Virus record (IMG/VR): IMGVR_UViG_3300037834_000035
Coordinates: 1-42,429 of that record
From: a virus
Lineage: Duplodnaviria > Caudoviricetes
Length of the DNA stretch: 42,429 bases
Direction: 5' to 3' (one strand)
A model generated the notes under the pieces. The model did no database searches, was not told the origin of the DNA, and was given only the letters and a program-made list of their open reading frames with translations. Made by a program: the position numbers and the translations under genes. Within the stretch, counting starts at the first letter, position 1. Every line of letters begins with the position of its first letter. Below are positions 33,970 to 42,429 of this stretch, one piece after another.

Positions 33970-36221
33970 TGCCCATGCACGCCGAAATGGTCGCGGCGCT
34001 GCGGGCCGGCGCGACGAAGGTTCATCTGGTCACGGTCCAGATGCCGGACGCCTATGTCATCCGCTGGGCCGACGGCGGCGTGGTGAAGTGGGGGGCATAC
34101 AAGTACCACGCCAAGGACGCGACTTTCGGCAAGCTGCACGCGATCGGCGACATCACCGACGGGATCGAGGTCGACGGCGAGCCGGTCCAGATTTCGATCA
34201 TGCCGCCCAGCCTGTCCTCGATGGCGGACCTCGCCGCGGCGGACGCCCAGGGCGGCGCGGTGGAGATTCATCTGGTCGCGCTGGTCGACGGCGCGATCGA
34301 GGGGGAGCCCTATCTGCTGTTCAGGGGCCAACTGGATCAGCCGAGCCTGCGTCCAGGCAAGGAGCGGATCCTGGACTATGTCGTGCAGCCCGCCGAGGCG
34401 ATGGCGCTGAGGACCAGCGAGGAGCAGCGCCAGACCGACGCGTTTCACCAGCTGCGCTGGCCGGGCGAGCTGGGCCAGCAGTACGCCACGGACGGCACGA
34501 AGCTGACCTATTGGCGCGAGGACGACAAGCCGAACGCCGTCGGCGTGGCCTTCGGGCGCGGGCTGAAGGACCCCAAGGACAAGGCCGTCCAGTACACCTA
34601 TGAGCCCAACGCGCCGTTCGCCTTCCCCTTCGGCCGGGTGGGCATCCGGGGCGGGGAGATGCGCTATCGCGTCGGCTATGGGCCGACGAACCGCTTCCAG
34701 ACGACGGTCAGCACGATCGCGGCCTCGGGGCCGATCCAGGGGCTGGTCAACACCGCCTTCGACGACGTGCCGACGACCTTCGATGGCGACGACCGCGCGG
34801 TGGACGGCGATCACGCCGGCTATATGTGGTTCAGCTTCCTGCCGGGGGATCAGCCGTCGGCCGTGCTGACCATGCCGACCGGTCCGGAAGCGCCGACCTC
34901 GGACCTCGACAACTTCGCCTGGACGGCGGACCACAAGCTGTCGGGGTCGGCCGCCTATATGTGGACCGGCAAGGAGAATTCGAAGAAGGATGAGTTCGGC
35001 GGCGGCATCCCCCAGCCGCTGCTGGTGATCGACGGCCTTCTGGGCTTCGACCCCACGGACGTCGACAGCGAGATCGACGATCCGACCACCTGGACCTTTC
35101 TCGACGAAGGCTGCCGAGTCGCGCTGAACTGGACCATCGGGCGTTGGGAGGGCGACAGCGGCGGCGGCCTGTACGGTGTGCCCTATCTCTGCACCGCGGT
35201 GGGCGGGCTGGGCGTTCCGCTGGACCTGATCGACGTCGATGGGTTCGCGGACGCGGCGGAGATCGCCGACGACAACGGCTGGAAATTCGCGGGCACGGCC
35301 TATTCCGACGAAGATCGGATCGACGTCCTTGAAGACATGCTGGCCGCCTCGGGCGCACGGCGCGCAAGGAAGGCCGGGCGGCTGTCCTGCGTCTCGCTGG
35401 CGGCGCCGCTGGCCAGCAGCCTGACGGTGACGAACCGCGACACCGCCGGCGGGCCGAACATCGCCCTGGCGGCGTCGGTTCTGGACCGCGTCAACACTGG
35501 GATCCCGGAGTTCCTGTCTGCCGCACACCGCTGGGAGATCGTCGGCGCGTCGCCCGTGAGCGAGTCCGCGTGGGTGACCGCCGACGGCGGGCGCAGCACT
35601 GACACCTTCACCTATCGCTTCTGCCCGGACAAGGATCAGGCGGCGCAGCTGTGCTGGCTGGACATGGCCCGCGACCGCGCCGGCGTCACCGTCGAGGGCC
35701 CCTTCCGGACGTGGATGCTGGAGCTGGAGCCCGGCGCGGCCTTCGATTGGGACGAGCCGGAGTTTCTGCTGACGGACGTCAAGTGCCGGGTCTGGAAGCG
35801 GACCTATTCGCCCGCGACCACGCTGGTGTCGATCGAGTCCCGGCAGGACCTGTCGGACGCCGACTATGCGACCGGCCTGAGCCAGACTGCGACCGTGCCG
35901 ACGCCGGGCGATCCGGTGACGCCGCCCGGAGACTACGTCGAGCCCGTCGGGGCCTTCACCGCCACCTTGGACGGTGCGGACGTTGATCTGGTGTGGGTCA
36001 ATCCCACGGTGAACTTCTACCGGACCTTGATCTTCCGCGGCACGACGACGGTGTTCGCCGATGCGACCCAGATCGCTTCGCGCGGCGGCGGTGCGGGCAC
36101 GGATCAGGACTACACCGACGTGGCCCCCGCGTCCGGCACCTACCACTACTGGCTCCAGTCTCGCGACTTCGAAGGCACGCTGGCCGAGCCCATCGGCCCT
36201 GAAACGGTCGTCGTTCCCTAA
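33969..36221 (+). CDS. Tail hub/tip protein (fused) with C-terminal FN3-like domain
   Basis: 750 aa after Dit-like gene; C-terminal VDLVWVNP...YTD...GTYHYWL. Confidence 0.75.
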   Translation: MPMHAEMVAALRAGATKVHLVTVQMPDAYVIRWADGGVVKWGAYKYHAKDATFGKLHAIGDITDGIEVDGEPVQISIMPPSLSSMADLAAADAQGGAVEIHLVALVDGAIEGEPYLLFRGQLDQPSLRPGKERILDYVVQPAEAMALRTSEEQRQTDAFHQLRWPGELGQQYATDGTKLTYWREDDKPNAVGVAFGRGLKDPKDKAVQYTYEPNAPFAFPFGRVGIRGGEMRYRVGYGPTNRFQTTVSTIAASGPIQGLVNTAFDDVPTTFDGDDRAVDGDHAGYMWFSFLPGDQPSAVLTMPTGPEAPTSDLDNFAWTADHKLSGSAAYMWTGKENSKKDEFGGGIPQPLLVIDGLLGFDPTDVDSEIDDPTTWTFLDEGCRVALNWTIGRWEGDSGGGLYGVPYLCTAVGGLGVPLDLIDVDGFADAAEIADDNGWKFAGTAYSDEDRIDVLEDMLAASGARRARKAGRLSCVSLAAPLASSLTVTNRDTAGGPNIALAASVLDRVNTGIPEFLSAAHRWEIVGASPVSESAWVTADGGRSTDTFTYRFCPDKDQAAQLCWLDMARDRAGVTVEGPFRTWMLELEPGAAFDWDEPEFLLTDVKCRVWKRTYSPATTLVSIESRQDLSDADYATGLSQTATVPTPGDPVTPPGDYVEPVGAFTATLDGADVDLVWVNPTVNFYRTLIFRGTTTVFADATQIASRGGGAGTDQDYTDVAPASGTYHYWLQSRDFEGTLAEPIGPETVVVP

Positions 36222-36239
36222 CCCGCGCAGGACATCCTC

Positions 36240-36641
36240 ATGATCATCCCAGCGACGCTGGACCTCGAGGTCCAGCGCAATGCCCCGTACCTGCTCACCC
36301 TGGCGTTCGAGGGCTACGACCTGTCCGAGGCGTCGATGGACATGCAGGTGCGCCTGCGGAAGGGCGCCGCGGACCCTGCGCTGATCACCCTGACGCGCGA
36401 CACGCCCGGTGATCAGGGTCTGTCCGTCGTGGTCAGTGAGGTCGAGGGCGTCACCGTCTCGACCACCACCCTGCAGATCGACGAGGCGACGATCGACGCC
36501 ATCCTGCCTGCGGCCAGCAACGGCTTGAAGGCGGGGTCGGACGTGGAGCTGGCCTACGACCTGATCATCACCGGCGGCGGGCTGGGGCGGGTGCGCTGGC
36601 TGGAAGGCAAGTTCTGGATCCGTGAAGGGGTGACCGTCTGA
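36240..36641 (+). CDS. Tail fibre adaptor-like protein
   Basis: YDLS...MQVR...AYDLII...RWLEGKF.IREGVT pattern preceding fibres. Confidence 0.7.
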   Translation: MIIPATLDLEVQRNAPYLLTLAFEGYDLSEASMDMQVRLRKGAADPALITLTRDTPGDQGLSVVVSEVEGVTVSTTTLQIDEATIDAILPAASNGLKAGSDVELAYDLIITGGGLGRVRWLEGKFWIREGVTV

Positions 36642-38683
36642 TGGCCGACTATGTGATCAGGGTCGTGAGCCAGACCGTGTCGGTCGCGCCGGCCGGGTTC
36701 GACTTCTTCCAGCCGGAGTTCGCGCGGCTGGACGCCAAGGTGCGGCTGGACGACGAAAGCGTGGCGATCGGTCTGGAGGCGCTGAACGCCGAGGACCCCG
36801 GCCTGAACAACATCGCCATCGGCGATGAGGCGCTGGAGAACAACGAGGCGAACAACAACGTCGCGGTGGGCAAGGCAGCTGCCCGGGCGAATCTGGGCGG
36901 GACCGAGAACGTCACGGTCGGCACCGGCGCGTCGGTCAGCCGGCTCGGTGGCGAAAAGAACGTGGTCATCGGCGAGTCTGCGGACAGCGGGCACTCGGGC
37001 TCCGGGGATCGCATCGTCGTCATCGGGCAGGGTTCTGCGCCGACCGGCACCGGCGACGACTACGTGGCGGTCGGGCAGGGCTCGCTGGCGAACCTGACCA
37101 CGGGCGTCGAGAACACCGCCGTCGGCGGCACTTCGGGGACGGGCGTCGTCGATGGTGATGGCAACGTGGCGGTCGGTTTCCAGTCCGGGGTCCAGGTTGG
37201 CTCCGGCGGCATCGACGACACCGTCGCGATCGGTCGGGGCGTGCAGACGACGCGCGCCGCCGAGGTCAAGATCGGTGTAGCCACCATGGATCGTTTCACC
37301 GCCGGTCCGACCGTCCTGCTTCGGCGCCGCTATCCCGGCTTCGCCGACGCGGACAGCATCTTCTTCGGCGGGGCAGGCAACGACACCTCGACCGGCCCGG
37401 CGAACCTGGGCATCGGCGGCGGCGCGATGGCCGGCGTCGGTTCGGGCGCGCACGCTCTCGGGATCGGGCTCTATGCCCTGCAAAACATGACCGACGCCAC
37501 CGGCAGCGTGGTCGCCATCGGCTCTTACGCCTGCCGCCAGTTCGGCAGCACGGGGTCCGCGATCGACACGGTGGCCATCGGTTTCAACGCCCTTGCCGCG
37601 GCGACCGAGGGCGTCGGTGGGGTGCTGATCGGCCACTTCGCCGGAGAAAACCTGCTGGAGGCCGGCGCCAACACGGGCATCGGCGACAGCGCCCTCCGCG
37701 AGACCACCACGGGCGAGCTGAACGTCGCGGTCGGCTACACGACCATGGACAAGAACGAGACCGGCAGCCGCAACGTGGCGGTGGGCGTGGTCGCGAACTT
37801 CACCCGCACGGACGGCGAGGGCAACGCCTTCTTCGGTCACGGCGCGGGCCGTTACGGGGCCTCGGGCGGCGACTACATGGTTGGCGTGGGCTTCGAAGCT
37901 CTGGCCTATGCGACGGGCGACAACAACGTGGCCGTGGGTTACCGGGCCGGTTTCAGCATCACGACCGCCGCCGACAACACCTTCATCGGTCCCGACGCCG
38001 GGAACAACGGCTCGCAGAAGGTCGACGTCGTCAACTCGATCGCGCTGGGCCATGACGCTTTCACGACCAAGGACAACCAGCAGGTTCTCGGCGGACCAAA
38101 CATCACCGAGACGCTGATCCAGGGCAAGGTCGGGATCGGCGTCAACACCGCCCCCACGGCCAACCTCCAGACGCGTGGAACCTCCAACACCGAGATCCCG
38201 CTGTTCGAGCGGGACTATGCCGGATCGCCCTCCGACAACGCCCTTGCGGCGTTCAACGTCCGGTCGCGCCGCACCGGCACGATGGGCGACGGGTTCGGCT
38301 CGGGCATCCGCTTCCTCGGCATTGACGACGCGGCGACGGAACGCCCCCTGGGGCTGTTCACCGCCGTTCGGCGCGGGGCCGACAACATCGGCGAGATCCT
38401 GGTCCGCCCGCAGAACGGCTCCAGCTTCGCTCAAGGCCTCGCGGTGCGCGGTGAGATGGCCTCGCTGATGCGGCAGACGGCGCCCGTCTCGGGCGGGGAT
38501 GCCAACTCGGCCTTCACGCTGACGTCCAGCCTGATCGGCGTCTACGCCGGAACCGGCGCGCCGACGATCGCGGCGGCCAAGGGCTCGCTGTACATGCGCG
38601 CCGACGGCTCGACGACGAACGACCGGATGTATGTGAACACGGACGGCGGCACGACGTGGACCCATCTGGTGACGGGGGCCTGA
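36641..38683 (+). CDS. Tail fibre/receptor-binding protein with NVAVG beta-roll repeats
   Basis: Many ~14-aa N[IVT]A[IV]G repeats; C-terminal GTGAP...GSLYMR.DG. Confidence 0.8.
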   Translation: MADYVIRVVSQTVSVAPAGFDFFQPEFARLDAKVRLDDESVAIGLEALNAEDPGLNNIAIGDEALENNEANNNVAVGKAAARANLGGTENVTVGTGASVSRLGGEKNVVIGESADSGHSGSGDRIVVIGQGSAPTGTGDDYVAVGQGSLANLTTGVENTAVGGTSGTGVVDGDGNVAVGFQSGVQVGSGGIDDTVAIGRGVQTTRAAEVKIGVATMDRFTAGPTVLLRRRYPGFADADSIFFGGAGNDTSTGPANLGIGGGAMAGVGSGAHALGIGLYALQNMTDATGSVVAIGSYACRQFGSTGSAIDTVAIGFNALAAATEGVGGVLIGHFAGENLLEAGANTGIGDSALRETTTGELNVAVGYTTMDKNETGSRNVAVGVVANFTRTDGEGNAFFGHGAGRYGASGGDYMVGVGFEALAYATGDNNVAVGYRAGFSITTAADNTFIGPDAGNNGSQKVDVVNSIALGHDAFTTKDNQQVLGGPNITETLIQGKVGIGVNTAPTANLQTRGTSNTEIPLFERDYAGSPSDNALAAFNVRSRRTGTMGDGFGSGIRFLGIDDAATERPLGLFTAVRRGADNIGEILVRPQNGSSFAQGLAVRGEMASLMRQTAPVSGGDANSAFTLTSSLIGVYAGTGAPTIAAAKGSLYMRADGSTTNDRMYVNTDGGTTWTHLVTGA

Positions 38684-38684
38684 C

Positions 38685-39068
38685 GTGGCCCCACCGTCCG
38701 ACGAGATCATGACCGCGGTGACGAAGCCGGAAGCCGTGAGCATGGCGGAGATCCACGCGATCCGGCAGATGACCGATGCTGTGGGGACGCTGACCCGTCA
38801 GGTCGAGCGAATGAACAGCAAGGTCGACGACGTCCGGGAGCGGGTCATTCGTCTCGAGGCTCGCGAGTACGAGCGCCAGATCGACGACTTATCGGCTCGA
38901 CTGACCGCCGCGCTGGTCCGGATCGACGGGCTGGAATCGACCCGCGACAAGCAGACCGGTGCCGCGGGCCTGGCGGCCTGGCTGACCAAGAACGCGCCGT
39001 GGCTGGTCGCGATCTTCATGGCGGGGCTCGCCGCTTTCGGCTGGAAAGAAGGAAGCCCTGGCCAATGA
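38685..39068 (+). CDS. Coiled-coil protein with C-terminal TM (holin/antiholin-type)
   Basis: Heptad region then WLVAIFMAGLAAFGW; start codon uncertain. Confidence 0.6.
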   Translation: MAPPSDEIMTAVTKPEAVSMAEIHAIRQMTDAVGTLTRQVERMNSKVDDVRERVIRLEAREYERQIDDLSARLTAALVRIDGLESTRDKQTGAAGLAAWLTKNAPWLVAIFMAGLAAFGWKEGSPGQ

Positions 39069-39391
39069 TCGACCTCCCGCAACGCAACTACGAAACCCTC
39101 GACGCCATCGCGGTCATCGCCTCTCTGGTCATCGTCGCCGGGATCATCTTCGGCCTCTTCGTTCAGCCACTGGACCCGGCCGTCGCGCCCATCGTCTCGT
39201 CTCTGGCGACCGCGATCCTGGGGGTGCCGATCTCCTATGGCGCGTTCCGATGGGGCAACACCGTGGGGGCGAAGGCTGCGACGGAAGCTGCCGCCAAGGT
39301 CAGTGAGAAGTCGGCGGCCGCCCTTGCTCAGATCGCCGGCGCTGGTCCTCCCCCGCCTGCTGAGCCGTTGGCGGGCGACACTGCGGACTGA
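39065..39391 (+). CDS. Putative holin (2 TM)
   Basis: ATG 39065; IAVIASLVIVAGIIFGLFV and IVSSLATAILGVPISYGAF. Confidence 0.6.
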   Translation: MIDLPQRNYETLDAIAVIASLVIVAGIIFGLFVQPLDPAVAPIVSSLATAILGVPISYGAFRWGNTVGAKAATEAAAKVSEKSAAALAQIAGAGPPPPAEPLAGDTAD

Positions 39392-39424
39392 ACCCCGCCC
39401 ATCCTCGAAAATCAGGAGACCACC

Positions 39425-39637
39425 ATGCCCGACGCTTCCGGCGCAGCGCCGCCCCAATCTGTCGACGGCATCCCCCGCCGCATCCGCATTGACCATTTCA
39501 CCCCCGCCGAGGCGGCCATCTACGCCGCCATGCAGGAAGTCGAGAAGGCCGGGGGTAGTCCCGCGCTGACGGAAGCGACGAACCTGCTGGCCAAGGCCCG
39601 CGAACGGGTCGCTGACCATGTGGAGGGCATCGCGTGA
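39425..39637 (+). CDS. Hypothetical protein in lysis cassette
   Basis: AGGAG RBS; GTGA-coupled to endolysin. Confidence 0.7.
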   Translation: MPDASGAAPPQSVDGIPRRIRIDHFTPAEAAIYAAMQEVEKAGGSPALTEATNLLAKARERVADHVEGIA

Positions 39638-40218
39638 TGCTGGACGCTCGAAAGCTCCAGGCGAACCTTCGCGTGCCTGTCGACGGCGAGATCGGGCGGG
39701 GCACGCTCGCCGCATTGTTCTCCGCGTTCGGCGCGAAGTCGGGCCTCGCCGCTGAACTGGCCCTCGCGGCGAACGTCCACTTCCGGACCTACGGCATTCT
39801 CGACACCGGCCTGCGCCTCGCGCACTTCATGGGCCAGTGCGCCCACGAAAGCGGCGGCTTCCGCTACATGGAAGAGATCGCCAGCGGACAGGCCTACGAG
39901 GGCCGTGCCGACCTCGGCAACACTCAGCCCGGCGACGGCCGCAGGTACAAGGGCCGCGGCCCCATCCAGCTCACCGGTCGCGCCAACTACCGGGCGTTCG
40001 GGCGGGAGGTCGGGATCGACTTCGAGGCACACCCCGAGATCGTGGCCTATCCCTCGATCGGCCTGCTGGCCGCGGTCCGCTACTGGAACAACCGGGGTCT
40101 GAACGCGCTCGCCGACGCCGACGACCTGATGGGCATCACCCGCAAGATCAACGGCGGGACGAACGGGCTCGATGACCGCAAGGTCCAGACGGCAAAGGCG
40201 AAGGGGCTGATCCTGTGA
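39634..40218 (+). CDS. GH19 endolysin
   Basis: LAHFMGQCAHESGG, YKGRGPIQLTGRANY, INGGTNGL. Confidence 0.93.
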   Translation: MMLDARKLQANLRVPVDGEIGRGTLAALFSAFGAKSGLAAELALAANVHFRTYGILDTGLRLAHFMGQCAHESGGFRYMEEIASGQAYEGRADLGNTQPGDGRRYKGRGPIQLTGRANYRAFGREVGIDFEAHPEIVAYPSIGLLAAVRYWNNRGLNALADADDLMGITRKINGGTNGLDDRKVQTAKAKGLIL

Positions 40219-40541
40219 TCCCGCGCCCCTCCATCCGCACCTACGCCATGATCGCAGCTGCGGTCCTCGTCCTGCTGACCGTAATGGCCGTCCTGATCGC
40301 CCTGGACGCCCGCAAGGACGCAGCCCGGGCCAAGGCGGGGCAAACCCTCGCCGACGGCCGCACAGCCGCTGCGCAGGACGCCTCTCAGGTCCGCGACGAC
40401 AACGACGCGGCGAATCAATCCACCCGCAACGAGGTCAAGGAGGCCACCGATGCTGTCCGCAACGAGACTGACCCTGCTGAGCGCGACCGCCTTGCTCGCG
40501 AGCGGCTGTGCCGGCTCAGTCCAGGTGCTTGCCCCGGCTGA
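40215..40541 (+). CDS. i-spanin (Rz-like)
   Basis: N-terminal TM, helical periplasmic part, C-terminal Cys; after endolysin. Confidence 0.75.
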   Translation: MIPRPSIRTYAMIAAAVLVLLTVMAVLIALDARKDAARAKAGQTLADGRTAAAQDASQVRDDNDAANQSTRNEVKEATDAVRNETDPAERDRLARERLCRLSPGACPG

Positions 40542-40779
40542 GGGTTGTTCGACCCTGATCGCCGGTCGCTGGGCTGAGCCTGTCCCTTCGGCCGTGCTGG
40601 ACAACAGCGGCGACCCGGCGCTGGACTGGCAGGTGTTCGGCATCTCCCAGACGGGCCAGCTGAACATCGCCAACCGCGACAAGGCGGACGCGATCGAGAC
40701 GATCCGTCGGTGCGAGGCCCGCGACGCCGCCGCGATCAGACAGACGCGGCCGTGGTTCACCCGCCTCTGGCCGGGCTAG
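40450..40779 (+). CDS. o-spanin (Rz1-like) lipoprotein
   Basis: LLASGC lipobox; overlaps Rz in another frame; AGGAGG upstream. Confidence 0.78.
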   Translation: MLSATRLTLLSATALLASGCAGSVQVLAPAEGCSTLIAGRWAEPVPSAVLDNSGDPALDWQVFGISQTGQLNIANRDKADAIETIRRCEARDAAAIRQTRPWFTRLWPG

Positions 40780-40831
40780 GGAGCGCAACATGGCTACCGA
40801 AACGATCTGACGCCCCTCGCGCGGCGTGACG

Positions 40832-40864
40832 AAGCCCCTGCCCTTCGGGGTGGGGGCTTTTCGT
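40832..40864 (+). terminator. Intrinsic terminator ending late operon
   Basis: AAGCCCCTGCCC-TTCG-GGGTGGGGGCTT followed by TTCGT. Confidence 0.8.
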
Positions 40865-40884
40865 GCGTCTGGGGTTCGGCCCGG

Positions 40885-41088
40885 TCAGTTCGCCTTCTGG
40901 GCCATCAAGGCCAGCTCGCCGCGCTCCACGAGGGCCTGTCCGATCTCGATGGCGGCGCGTGGTGACAGCACGAACTGGGTGGTTTCGCCCTCCAGCGCCG
41001 CCAGCTGCTCCGCCGTGCAGGCCCCCTCGAGCTCCAGCGCCACGGCCCCATCCAGAACGCCGATGGTGTAGCCTACGACGGGTCTCAT
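40885..41088 (-). CDS. Hypothetical protein
   Basis: ATGA-coupled to the SRAP gene. Confidence 0.6.
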   Translation of the reverse strand: MRPVVGYTIGVLDGAVALELEGACTAEQLAALEGETTQFVLSPRAAIEIGQALVERGELALMAQKAN

Positions 41089-41804
41089 TCCGGCTGGTCC
41101 TTTTTCACGCCGCGCCCCACGATCCGCAGGGCGCCGTCCGGCAGCGGTCTCTGCAGTCCGGCGGCGTCCGACCAGTCAGCGCGCAGCCAGACCTCGCGTT
41201 CCTCTTCGGTCGTCAGGATCACCGGCATGGCCTTGGGATGAACGGCCCCGACCTCGGCGTTCGGTTCGGTCGTGAGGAAGGCAAAGACCTCCAGCTCCTC
41301 CCAGCCCTTCGAGATTTTCCGGACGCTGGCCCAGGGCGTCCAGATCCCGGCGAAGCAGGCCAGAGGCCGGTCCTCGGCCAAGGCAAACCAGACGTCGCCG
41401 CCATGGTCGCGGTTGAACTCGCTGAAGGCAGTGAAGGGGACGAGGCAGCGGTTCTCCGGCCCCAGCCAGCGCTTCCAGTGGGTACTGGCCGTGTTCCGAA
41501 CGTTCGTCGTGCCGGCGTCAGGCTCCATCTTGAGCAACTCGGCGAAGTCGACGTCCTTGCCCTTGGCGCGCAGCTTGTCGGCGCGGCGCGTGGCGGCGTC
41601 CAGCAAGGCCTTCTTCGACGACGGCATCCCCCAGCGGGTGAGGACCAGCTCGCGTTGACCGTCTGCCGCCGTCCGGACGATCGGTGCCGGGTAGTCGGGG
41701 AAGATGCCGGGCAGCGCCGGCAGGTTGCCCGTCAGGTCGCGGTCGACGCGGAACAGTCGCCGGATGGCGTCCTGGTTCTTCGTCATGCTGTAGAGGTTGC
41801 ACAT
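41085..41804 (-). CDS. SRAP/HMCES (YedK-like) abasic-site processing protein
   Basis: Start MCNLY (Cys2) at 41804; RWGMP, TNVRN, RCLVPFTAFSE, FAGIW, HPKAMPVIL. Confidence 0.93.
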   Translation of the reverse strand: MCNLYSMTKNQDAIRRLFRVDRDLTGNLPALPGIFPDYPAPIVRTAADGQRELVLTRWGMPSSKKALLDAATRRADKLRAKGKDVDFAELLKMEPDAGTTNVRNTASTHWKRWLGPENRCLVPFTAFSEFNRDHGGDVWFALAEDRPLACFAGIWTPWASVRKISKGWEELEVFAFLTTEPNAEVGAVHPKAMPVILTTEEEREVWLRADWSDAAGLQRPLPDGALRIVGRGVKKDQPE

Positions 41805-41851
41805 CACTGGACCTTGCGCGTGGCAATGAAGCCTGTCGAGGCGGCGGGTCC

Positions 41852-42205
41852 CTAGCGCCTCTGCTTGGCCTGCTCGCGCAGCGCGATGGCGTCGCGGACC
41901 ATGTTCGTCATGGATAGTGGAATCGCGCTGCCACCCCGGTTCGACTGGGCCAACAGGGCGACCCGGCCTTCGCATCGGCGGTCATAGGTGCCGTGGACCC
42001 AGACCTTGCACCTCGGCCGCGCGCCCCAGAGGACGAAGTCGTCGCCGCGGATGGCGGCGACCGCGGCAAGGTCGACGTGGATGCGCGTCCGGCAGGACCG
42101 ACAATCGGCCGTCACGATCCAGCGCAGCGTCCGCATCTCGCCGACCGTCACCGCGAGGAACGGCGACGGGGGAGGGCTGACCAGATCCGGCTTCCGCGCG
42201 CCCAT
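41852..42205 (-). CDS. Cys-rich hypothetical protein
   Basis: TVGEM...CRSC...RCK...RCEG; adjacent to SRAP. Confidence 0.65.
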   Translation of the reverse strand: MGARKPDLVSPPPSPFLAVTVGEMRTLRWIVTADCRSCRTRIHVDLAAVAAIRGDDFVLWGARPRCKVWVHGTYDRRCEGRVALLAQSNRGGSAIPLSMTNMVRDAIALREQAKQRR

Positions 42206-42216
42206 GCCGGCGCGAG

Positions 42217-42429
42217 TCAGTGCGTGGTGGCGACGTCGATCGACAGGCCGAGGCGCTGGAGGTCGTTCACCGCATTCAGCCTGGCGATGAAGCCGGGGTG
42301 CGCAGCCTCAATCTCGCGAACGACGGCGCCTAGGCCGGCCCGGGCATCGGAGCCTGGCCGGGCAAGGAGCGCCTCAGCAAGCTCCATCATCTGCGCGGCC
42401 ACGGCCCGGTCGTCAGTGGTGTCGGTCAT
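42217..42429 (-). CDS. Hypothetical protein
   Basis: 70-aa ORF at window edge. Confidence 0.5.
   Translation of the reverse strand: MTDTTDDRAVAAQMMELAEALLARPGSDARAGLGAVVREIEAAHPGFIARLNAVNDLQRLGLSIDVATTH

Larger units (their letters stand above)
1..42429. mobile_element. Temperate HK97-like siphophage/prophage (alphaproteobacterial host inferred)
   Basis: Complete lambdoid gene order: int-xis, early left, cI/cro, replication, terminase, portal, protease, capsid, tail, lysis. att sites not seen; the window starts at the int stop codon. Confidence 0.97.

Noticed and set aside
23050-38743. Long antisense ORFs (23050-24588, 26277-27455, 33657-36146, 36554-38743)
   Set aside because: Shadows of high-GC3 structural genes with no recognisable motifs.
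1-42429. tRNA/tmRNA genes, att core repeat, full CtrA boxes (TTAA-N7-TTAA), DGR or invertase
   Set aside because: None recognised by eye. AND codons vary, so the motifs are not DNA copies of ssrA; att sites probably lie outside the window.

Overview
The window is one apparently near-complete, high-GC lambdoid/HK97-type temperate siphophage, probably a prophage of an alphaproteobacterium (Caulobacteraceae inferred from GcrA-like and GapR-like genes). It runs from the integrase stop codon to a SRAP-containing accessory end; att sites are not visible. Gene order: integrase/xis; leftward early operon (SNase-like nuclease, C5 methyltransferase, small ORFs, DUF968-like, YqaJ exonuclease plus an unknown partner, NlpC/P60-like); a 3-gene immunity-region moron (lipoprotein, HIRAN-BRCT, unknown); cI/cro with ATGCA-N3-TGCAT operators; rightward early operon (CII-like, GapR/RMF-like, RuvC, GcrA, DnaB, DUF1376 initiator with iterons, DUF6456-like); hicAB; a Cas2/VapD-like gene; HNH; terminase, portal, protease, capsid, head-tail, tail, lysis (GH19, spanins); SRAP. 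The most striking signal is an AND core, resembling the tmRNA (ssrA) tag start AAND, in 10 early/regulatory proteins. In Cro, the GapR-like, NlpC/P60-like and replication proteins it forms a complete ssrA-like C-terminal tag ending in AA/AV. I found it in no late protein, which suggests systematic phage mimicry of the host SspB/ClpXP degron. All family calls come from motif recognition by eye, not database searches.
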